Made by a program: the position numbers and the translations under genes. The notes under the pieces are model-generated. The model saw only the letters and a list, made by a program, of their open reading frames with translations. It ran no database searches and had not been told where the DNA came from. Shown in pieces: positions 57,086 through 64,000 of a stretch of 64,000 nucleotides of DNA (its first letter is position 1; each line of letters begins with the position of its first letter). Source of the stretch: Alphaproteobacteria bacterium (GTDB lineage: Bacteria > Pseudomonadota > Alphaproteobacteria > Rs-D84 > CACZYB01); the NCBI GenBank assembly GCA_017938435.1, contig JAGBBO010000008.1, forward strand, positions 74,525 to 138,524, written 5' to 3'.

Positions 57086-59100
57086 TGGAAAATACTATAT
57101 TTTCTTTTGGTGATATAGTTAAAGTATTACTTCCAATAGCAAGTGATGGTTATGATTATATTATTCCAGAAAATATAGAAGTTTCAGTAGGTGATTTTGT
57201 TAAAGTTCCACTAAGAAATAAGTATGAAATTGGTGTTGTTTTGAAAAAAAATGATGAACCTTTATCTTATGATATTTCAAAAGTTAAAAGTATTTTTTCA
57301 AAAGTTAAAAATTATAAACTTTCTGTTTCACAGATTGAATTTATAAAAAAAGTTGCTGATTATAATTTAACTAATGTTGGCAATATTTTAAAAATGGTTA
57401 TGGGGTTTGATGAACTGTTTGATACTGTGATTCCAAGAAAGAAAAAAATTGAATACAATCCAACCTATGTTTCTCCGAAATTATCTGATGAACAGAAAAA
57501 TGCAACAGAAATTCTTTCTTCTAAATTAGATAAGGGGTTTTCGGTTACTCTTCTTGATGGAATTACAGGAAGTGGTAAGACAGAGGTTTATTTTAATGTA
57601 ATAAATGAAGCGTTAAAAAAGTCGGAAAGTCAGGTTTTGATTATGCTTCCAGAAATATCTTTGACTGGGCAATTTTTATCAAAGTTTCAAGAAAGGTTTG
57701 GAATACTTCCTGTTCTTTGGCATAGTAGCGTGACAAAGGCTCAACGACGGGATAATTGGAAAGCGGTGATGAATGGGGATGCAAAAGTTATTGTAGGAAC
57801 AAGATCTTCACTTTTTTTGCCGTATAAAAATCTTTCTTTGATAGTTTTAGATGAAGAGCATGACGGCTCATATAAACAGGAAGATGGCGTTATTTATCAA
57901 GGTCGAGATATGGCCGTTTTAAAGGCTTCTGTTGATAAAATTCCGATAATCCTTGCATCTGCAACACCTTCTATTGAAACGATAAACAATGTAAATATTG
58001 GAAAATATGGGATTGTAAAACTTACTTCTCGATTTGGTGTTGCGGTTATGCCAGAGGTTGATTTGATTGATATGCGACAGAATCAACCTGTAAAAGAATC
58101 ATGGGGAAAATCTTGGCTTTCTTCGGTTTTAGTTAAACAAATAGAAGAAAAATTATTAAATAAAGAACAAGTTATGCTTTACATAAATCGTAGAGGATAT
58201 GCTCCACTTGTCCTTTGTAGTGAATGTGGAAATAGGCTTCAATGTCCGCATTGTAATGTATATTTAACTGCACATAGTAAAGATGATACAAAATGTTGTT
58301 GTCATCATTGTGGATATTCAAGACGACTTCCTAAAGTTTGTGAAAAATGTGGTAAAGAGGATACTTGGGTTTTAGTTGGACCTGGGATAGAAAGAATCGA
58401 GGAAGAAGTAAAAAACCGTTTTCCAAATGCAAAAATTGAAACTATTTCATCAGATATAATTACTTCACAGACAAGGCTTAATGAAATAATAAGAAAAATT
58501 TCAGCAAGTGAAGTTGATATAATTATTGGAACACAAATTTTGGTTAAGGGGCACCATTTCCCAAACCTTACTTTGGTTGGCGTGGTTGATGGAGATATGA
58601 GTTTTTCATCATCGGATTTGCGTGCTAATGAAAATACTTTTCAACTTTTAACGCAAGTTTCTGGACGAGCAGGGCGTGATGTAAAAAAAGGAAAGGTTGT
58701 AATACAAACATATAATCCTGATAATTCTGTTATGCAGGCGATTAAAAATAATGATAGAGATTCCTTTGTAAAACAAGAATTAAAGGATAGAAAAGATGCG
58801 TTAATGCCTCCGTTTACGAAATTGGCTGCATTTATTTTATCATCAAAAAACAAGCAAGCATTGGAAAATTTTTGTTATGTTTTAAAACAGAAAATGCCGG
58901 TTGGAATTGATGGTATTCAGACCTATGGACCTATTGACTCTCCACTTTCATATCTTAAAAATAATTACAGAAAAAGATTTTTAATTGTTGTTGATAGAAA
59001 GATTCATATACAAGATATACTTAAAAAATGGCTTTCTATGGTAATAATACCATCAAGTGTTAAATTGAAAGTTGATATAGATCCTTATAATTTTATGTAG
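57085..59100 (+). CDS. priA: primosomal protein N' (replication restart helicase PriA)
   Basis: 671 aa with Walker A motif GITGSGKT, a DEEH box, Cys-rich zinc-binding inserts (CSECGNRLQCPHCN...CCHHCG) and the C-terminal domain. Confidence 0.9.
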   Translation: MENTIFSFGDIVKVLLPIASDGYDYIIPENIEVSVGDFVKVPLRNKYEIGVVLKKNDEPLSYDISKVKSIFSKVKNYKLSVSQIEFIKKVADYNLTNVGNILKMVMGFDELFDTVIPRKKKIEYNPTYVSPKLSDEQKNATEILSSKLDKGFSVTLLDGITGSGKTEVYFNVINEALKKSESQVLIMLPEISLTGQFLSKFQERFGILPVLWHSSVTKAQRRDNWKAVMNGDAKVIVGTRSSLFLPYKNLSLIVLDEEHDGSYKQEDGVIYQGRDMAVLKASVDKIPIILASATPSIETINNVNIGKYGIVKLTSRFGVAVMPEVDLIDMRQNQPVKESWGKSWLSSVLVKQIEEKLLNKEQVMLYINRRGYAPLVLCSECGNRLQCPHCNVYLTAHSKDDTKCCCHHCGYSRRLPKVCEKCGKEDTWVLVGPGIERIEEEVKNRFPNAKIETISSDIITSQTRLNEIIRKISASEVDIIIGTQILVKGHHFPNLTLVGVVDGDMSFSSSDLRANENTFQLLTQVSGRAGRDVKKGKVVIQTYNPDNSVMQAIKNNDRDSFVKQELKDRKDALMPPFTKLAAFILSSKNKQALENFCYVLKQKMPVGIDGIQTYGPIDSPLSYLKNNYRKRFLIVVDRKIHIQDILKKWLSMVIIPSSVKLKVDIDPYNFM

Positions 59101-59109
59101 GTTGCTTTG

Positions 59110-59138
59110 TTGACAATATACTTAAAATTTGGTATTTT
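59110..59138 (+). promoter_or_regulatory. sigma70-like promoter for recG
   Basis: TTGACA, a 17-bp spacer, then TATTTT. Confidence 0.35.
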
Positions 59139-59165
59139 AATATATGTTAACAATAAGGATTTATT

Positions 59166-61256
59166 ATGGTTGAAAGTTTGGAATATTTTTTTCAATCTCT
59201 TATACAAGTAAAAGGAGTTGGCGATAAATTTTTTCAAGGATTAAGGCGACTTTTACCTAATACAAGATTTAAAGATATTCTTTTTCATTTTCCAGTTGAT
59301 GTAATAGATAGATCATATACTTCGCAAATAATGGATGCGGAAGTAGGTAGAGTTGTAACATTAAAGGTTGATGTTTTGAAACATATTCCTGCACCATATA
59401 TTAGAGGGCGAAAAATCCCGTATAAAGTTCTTTGTAGTGATGATAGTGGTTTTATAACTTTGAATTTTTTTAATGCAGGTAATTATTTGCTAAAATCTAT
59501 GCCTGTTGGTGCAAAACTTTGCATTAGTGGAAAAATAGAAGATTTCGATGGTGGAAGGTGTATGAATCATCCTGATTATATAGTTCCAGTCAATCAATTT
59601 GAAAAAATTGCAGGTTTGGAACCTGTTTATCCACTTACCTATGCAATTACAAATAAGATGATTAGAAATGTTGTAGATGTAGTTCTTAATAATTTACCAA
59701 GGGTTCCAGAGTGGCAAAATGATGCCAATATTTCATTTACAGATTCATTGAAAATTATTCATAGACCTATTAAAAATATGGATATAGTTAAAGAGGCAAA
59801 ACGAAGAATTGCATATGATGAAATTCTTGCAAATCAATTAGTATTGGCTATTTCCAGAAATAAATTTAAAACAGAATCAGGTGCAAAAATTATCCCTTCT
59901 GGGGAATTTATTGAGCCATTTGTTAAATCATTTGGTTATGAACTAACTGGGGCACAAAAAAGAGTTTTATCTGAAGTTATGACTGATTTAAAATCGGAAA
60001 ATAGAATGCTTAGACTTCTTCAGGGAGATGTTGGTAGTGGTAAAACTATTATTGCGATGATTGCACTTCTTGCAACAGTGGAAAGTGGTGGGCAAGGGGC
60101 GTTTATGGTCCCTACAGAAATACTTGCCCAACAACATTTTGAAACATTTACAAAACTTTTAGATAAATCAGGTTTGTCGGATAAAGTTCGTATAATTCTT
60201 TTAACAGGAAAAGATAAAGGTAAAATAAAAACAGAAAAACTTTCATTACTTGAAAATGGATTGGCAAATATTGTTATTGGAACACATGCAATTTTTCAAG
60301 AAAAAGTAAAATTTAAAAATCTTTTGTTATCGGTTATTGATGAACAACATAAGTTTGGAGTTCATCAACGATTAAGTTTAACAAATAAAAATTCTGAAAA
60401 TAAATGTAATATTTTAACTATGACTGCGACTCCTATTCCAAGAACTTTGGCTATGACTTCGTTTGGTGATATGGATTTATCAATTATTGATGAAATGCCT
60501 CCAAATAGAAAAGAAGTTGAAACAAAAGTTATGAATATGAATAAAATTGATGAATTGATTCCTTCTATTGAGGGGCAAATAAATTTAGGGATTCTTAAAA
60601 AACTTTATTGGGTTTGCCCATTGGTTGAAGAAAGTGAAAAAATTGATTTATCGGATGCTATTTCAAGATATGAATTTTTGAAAACCGTGTTTGGAGATAG
60701 TGTTGCACTTATTCATGGGAAAATGAAATCTGATGAAAAAGATGAAATTATGCAAGAATTTGCAAATCCAAATGGAAAAATTAAAATTTTGGTTGCTACT
60801 ACGGTTATAGAAGTTGGTGTGAATGTTCCGGAGGCTACTTTAATGATAATAGAACATAGTGAAAGATTTGGACTTTCTTCACTTCATCAATTAAGGGGGC
60901 GTATTGGTCGCGGAGCCGATAAATCTATCTGTATTTTACTTCATTCTTCGAAAATGACTCTTGTTGCAAAAGAAAGGCTTGCCGTTATGAAGGAAACTAC
61001 TGATGGGTTTAAAATTGCAGAAAAAGATTTAAAACTTCGTGGTGCAGGGGATATTCTTGGGGTCAGACAAAGTGGGCTTGTCGATTTTAAAATTGCAAGT
61101 TTGGAAGATGATTATGATTTATTTTTGGCTGCATCACAAGATGTTAAGAATATTATTTCTATTGATATGAAAAATAATACAGAAAGGTGGCAAAATCTTA
61201 AATATTTATTACAACTATTTGAATATACAGGACAAATTAAAAATATGAAAGCATAG
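59166..61256 (+). CDS. recG: ATP-dependent DNA helicase RecG
   Basis: 696 aa with an N-terminal wedge domain and a helicase core (GDVGSGKT, DEQH, TATPIPRT). Confidence 0.9.
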   Translation: MVESLEYFFQSLIQVKGVGDKFFQGLRRLLPNTRFKDILFHFPVDVIDRSYTSQIMDAEVGRVVTLKVDVLKHIPAPYIRGRKIPYKVLCSDDSGFITLNFFNAGNYLLKSMPVGAKLCISGKIEDFDGGRCMNHPDYIVPVNQFEKIAGLEPVYPLTYAITNKMIRNVVDVVLNNLPRVPEWQNDANISFTDSLKIIHRPIKNMDIVKEAKRRIAYDEILANQLVLAISRNKFKTESGAKIIPSGEFIEPFVKSFGYELTGAQKRVLSEVMTDLKSENRMLRLLQGDVGSGKTIIAMIALLATVESGGQGAFMVPTEILAQQHFETFTKLLDKSGLSDKVRIILLTGKDKGKIKTEKLSLLENGLANIVIGTHAIFQEKVKFKNLLLSVIDEQHKFGVHQRLSLTNKNSENKCNILTMTATPIPRTLAMTSFGDMDLSIIDEMPPNRKEVETKVMNMNKIDELIPSIEGQINLGILKKLYWVCPLVEESEKIDLSDAISRYEFLKTVFGDSVALIHGKMKSDEKDEIMQEFANPNGKIKILVATTVIEVGVNVPEATLMIIEHSERFGLSSLHQLRGRIGRGADKSICILLHSSKMTLVAKERLAVMKETTDGFKIAEKDLKLRGAGDILGVRQSGLVDFKIASLEDDYDLFLAASQDVKNIISIDMKNNTERWQNLKYLLQLFEYTGQIKNMKA

Positions 61257-61263
61257 TAAAAGT

Positions 61264-61300
61264 ATTGACAAAATACTTGACAAAAACAAAATAATATATT
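61264..61300 (+). promoter_or_regulatory. sigma70-like promoter region with two TTGACA boxes upstream of the 61328 operon
   Basis: gtattgacaaaatacttgacaaaaacaaaataatatattatatta. Confidence 0.35.
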
Positions 61301-61327
61301 ATATTAAGGGTGAATTAAGGAAAAAAT

Positions 61328-62464
61328 ATGGATATAAGTGCGATAAAATATAATGATATAAAAAAGCCTATGCAACCAAATAAAATTGTGGTTGAAAATT
61401 TGTATAATAATACAAAGTATGCAGGTGTGGTTTTTGATTATATCCTTAACTTGCTTGAAAAAAGATTTAAAGAGCAGGTCGGTGGTAATTGTAAACTTAA
61501 GATGGGTCCTTTAAAAGCAGCACAAAGAGTTTATGAAAAAATAAAAGATGATGATATAAAAACTTCATCAAATGTTTTGGATTTTTTAAGAGCAACTTTT
61601 TCTTTTGATACGATAGAAGATTTATTAGATTTTGTGAATTTTACAAAAAGTTATTCTTTTACAAATGAAGATTTTAATGCAGATACTTTGAATAAAAAAG
61701 TTTTATCAAAGATAGAAAGTAGAACTAAAACAAATTTGATTCAGGCTGATAAAAATATTGGTATTGTTAATATCTATGAAAAATATGAAACTGCATTAAA
61801 TGCTTGTGAAGGAACTGATAAAGAACTTAGAGAAAAAATAAAAGAAAGAAGATCAAAAGAAGTTGAAGAATTTTCTAAAAGTTTCAACTTTTCAGAAGAA
61901 GAAATTAATTCTGAAGCTATGGCTACATTCACATCTTTTAGAAATTTTTTGAAAAATAATGAAAATCTCCCTATTGCAAATGTAGGTGTTTCAAACAGCT
62001 TTTCTTTGGGAATTGATAATGAAATAAAAACAAAATATCCTTTTTTAAAAGATAAATTAAAGGAAAGAAACAGTAATTATATGGATTTGAAATTCTATGT
62101 TTGTATTCCAATTCCTTTTAGTGAAAACAAAGATTATATGATTTGTGAAGTTATTACTACACTTAACTGTTTTGATAAAATTTACAATAAAACACATGTT
62201 TTGTTGGAACTTGAGAGGTCTGAATTTACCCCTCATAAACAAGATGATGTAACGGAAGCTGATTTTAAGGAAGGTATAAAATTAATAAAGCGTGCGATGT
62301 ATTTAGATGATGTAATTGAAAAATATAATAACGAACATCCAAATTCTATTCAGATAGTTCCTTATAAAAATGATAGGGAATATATCAATGAAACATTGAA
62401 TAAATTAGGTGATAAACTTAGTTTTTCGATGAGAATTTGCGGTTGTGAAAAATTTATGAGGTAA
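61328..62464 (+). CDS. hypothetical protein (first gene of an unknown two-gene operon)
   Basis: 378 aa, soluble. RBS aaggaaa. No recognisable motif. Ends ...CGCEKFMR. Confidence 0.5.
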   Translation: MDISAIKYNDIKKPMQPNKIVVENLYNNTKYAGVVFDYILNLLEKRFKEQVGGNCKLKMGPLKAAQRVYEKIKDDDIKTSSNVLDFLRATFSFDTIEDLLDFVNFTKSYSFTNEDFNADTLNKKVLSKIESRTKTNLIQADKNIGIVNIYEKYETALNACEGTDKELREKIKERRSKEVEEFSKSFNFSEEEINSEAMATFTSFRNFLKNNENLPIANVGVSNSFSLGIDNEIKTKYPFLKDKLKERNSNYMDLKFYVCIPIPFSENKDYMICEVITTLNCFDKIYNKTHVLLELERSEFTPHKQDDVTEADFKEGIKLIKRAMYLDDVIEKYNNEHPNSIQIVPYKNDREYINETLNKLGDKLSFSMRICGCEKFMR

Positions 62465-62468
62465 AAAA

Positions 62469-63248
62469 ATGGGTGACACATATTACATTCCTAAAATAGA
62501 AGTATCAAAAAAACAAATTAGTATTTGTCAAGATACTGATAAAAGAGAACTGTTATTTGCAAGAAATAAAACCTCTAATGGAGAATCTCCTTTGTTCTTT
62601 AAAAAAGGAGATGGTATTGACAAGTCAAAGTTAGTGGCGACTATGTCATATAAAAAAATTGGGCAAAAGTTGGCAAAGAAAATATCTTTGGTTAGCGGTT
62701 CTGACTTTTTCTATAAATATGATAAAAAAACAGGTTATTTTGATAAACAAAGAAGTTTGATAAGTCCTTTTGGTAATGAATATTCTATATATAGTATGAG
62801 TATGAAAAAATTTTATTCTGAGCTTATTGATATTTTAAAAGTTCGTTTGACATTGGGATTTATTGAAAGTGATGATAAGACACAGTCTGCTGAATACTAT
62901 TTCAGAAATGCTCATAAATATATTCTTATGCGTAAATACAATTTTAATATTGAAGAATGTATTAACTTTGTAAATACAGTTGTGGCAAGATCTTATATTC
63001 CTGAGGAATTTTATGAAGGATTTTTAGCCGAGTTTAGAAAATCATTTTATGATGGCGAATTTTCAAAGGGTGAAATTTTGGAACGAGAAACCGAAGCAAA
63101 ACTTTCTCTTATGAATGAAAAAAATGGAAAAGTTGCGTTCGATGATATGAATCTTTATACAAAAATTATAAATGATATGAGTATTGAAAAGAATGAACGC
63201 AAAATGAATATGATAAGACTTCGTGAAGAAATGTTTAAACACCATTAA
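62469..63248 (+). CDS. hypothetical protein (second gene of an unknown two-gene operon)
   Basis: 259 aa. Starts 5 bp after the preceding stop. No recognisable motif. Confidence 0.5.
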   Translation: MGDTYYIPKIEVSKKQISICQDTDKRELLFARNKTSNGESPLFFKKGDGIDKSKLVATMSYKKIGQKLAKKISLVSGSDFFYKYDKKTGYFDKQRSLISPFGNEYSIYSMSMKKFYSELIDILKVRLTLGFIESDDKTQSAEYYFRNAHKYILMRKYNFNIEECINFVNTVVARSYIPEEFYEGFLAEFRKSFYDGEFSKGEILERETEAKLSLMNEKNGKVAFDDMNLYTKIINDMSIEKNERKMNMIRLREEMFKHH

Positions 63249-63261
63249 AATAAATATATTG

Positions 63262-63296
63262 AAAAATCCCCTTAAAAAACTAAGGGGATTTTTAAT
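63262..63296. terminator. bidirectional rho-independent terminator
   Basis: aaaaatccccttaaaaaactaaggggatttttaa. Confidence 0.65.
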
Positions 63297-63311
63297 ATTT
63301 ATTGCTTTATC

Positions 63312-63995
63312 TTATTTAAGATAATATGAATTTGTAACATTCATTGCATCATCAAATTCATATACGAATGGAGATGCAGTAGGAATATTTAATTCAATAA
63401 TTTCTTCTGGTGTATATTTTGAAATATACATTTCCAAAGCACGAAGTGAATTACCATGTGCAACGACCAAAACATTTTCACCTTTTTGAAGACGTGGCAA
63501 AATTTCCTTTTCATAATAAGGAACAACACGATTAACAGTATCAAGAAGACTCTCTGCTAATGGAAGTTCTTCTGGTTTCAAATCCTTATATTTTTCATCG
63601 AATGCAGGATTGCGTTTATCATCTTTTTCCAACAATGGAGGCTTTACATCATAAGAACGACGCCAAATTTTAACTTGGTCAGCACCATATTTTTCAGCAG
63701 TTTCAGCCTTGTTCAAACCTTGCAATGCACCATAATGGCGTTCGTTAAGGTGCCAATCATGAATTTGTGGAACATTTGTAAGTTCAGCAGATTCTAATAT
63801 ATTTTTTGCTGTTTCAAGTGTGCGAGTAAGAACTGATGTATAGCAAACATCGATTTTTTCACCCTTTAGTAACGAACCAGCTTTTTTAGCTTCTTCAATT
63901 CCATTTTCAGAAAGTGAAACATCAGTCCAACCTGTGAAAAGATTTTCTTTATTCCAAACACTTTCGCCATGGCGAACTAGTATTAATTTTGACAT
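63312..63995 (-). CDS. gpmA: 2,3-bisphosphoglycerate-dependent phosphoglycerate mutase
   Basis: N-terminus SKLILVRHGESVWNKENLFTGW with the catalytic His, and the histidine phosphatase fold. Confidence 0.9.
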   Translation of the reverse strand: MSKLILVRHGESVWNKENLFTGWTDVSLSENGIEEAKKAGSLLKGEKIDVCYTSVLTRTLETAKNILESAELTNVPQIHDWHLNERHYGALQGLNKAETAEKYGADQVKIWRRSYDVKPPLLEKDDKRNPAFDEKYKDLKPEELPLAESLLDTVNRVVPYYEKEILPRLQKGENVLVVAHGNSLRALEMYISKYTPEEIIELNIPTASPFVYEFDDAMNVTNSYYLK

Positions 63996-64000
63996 TTTAT

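Noticed and set aside
1-64000. CRISPR arrays or cas genes
   Set aside because: There are no regularly spaced direct repeats. The only tandem repeats are the 36-bp x2 duplication at 19502-19573 and intragenic protein repeats.

Overview
This window is AT-rich (~30% GC) and densely packed with genes. The gene content fits an alphaproteobacterium, probably a Rickettsiales/Holosporales-like intracellular lineage. The evidence is an RNase E with an acidic insert in its S1 domain, lpxA-lpxI, an rpsP with an Ala/Glu/Lys-rich tail, and rpsP-rimM-trmD-rplS synteny.

Most genes are housekeeping: pssA(partial)-dgkA, mltA, birA, yidD-yidC-engB, lpxA-lpxI, tkt, rnhA, mrcA(PBP1A), murA, nrdR, comM, a family-4 UDG, rpsD, rnc-lepB-acpS, mlaD, rplS-trmD-rimM-rpsP, a dsbA-like gene, lepA, suhB, kdsD-lptC, lgt(::pgeF), mtaB, rpoZ, rne, amiC, queA-priA-recG and gpmA. 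There is one tRNA-Ser(UGA).

I found no transposase, integrase or CRISPR array. Several accessory pieces stand out among the housekeeping genes.

1. An accessory block next to the tRNA-Ser carries three things. The first is a giant GT2+GT8 glycosyltransferase. The second is a candidate Slam (surface lipoprotein assembly modulator, DUF560-like TPR + beta-barrel) outer-membrane protein. The third is a 629-aa lipoprotein with a Neisseria-style CGGG lipobox and a TbpB/fHbp-like C-terminal barrel. Together this is a putative Slam/SLP surface-lipoprotein display system.

2. Two co-transcribed secreted Cys-rich proteins are built from CxxCxxGTYS (ephrin-receptor-like/GCC2_GCC3-type) repeats. Beside them lies a ~460-bp GC-elevated, hairpin-rich non-coding region, a possible structured RNA.

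3. A self-contained cassette (promoter, gene, terminator) for a small membrane-anchored protein is duplicated 49 kb apart.

4. Two unknown two-gene operons sit inside housekeeping neighbourhoods: 39976-40589, whose stop and start overlap by 4 bp, and 61328-63248.

5. lgt and pgeF appear fused in frame.

6. Palindromic AAGCGWTTYGAA-like motifs recur at several sites.
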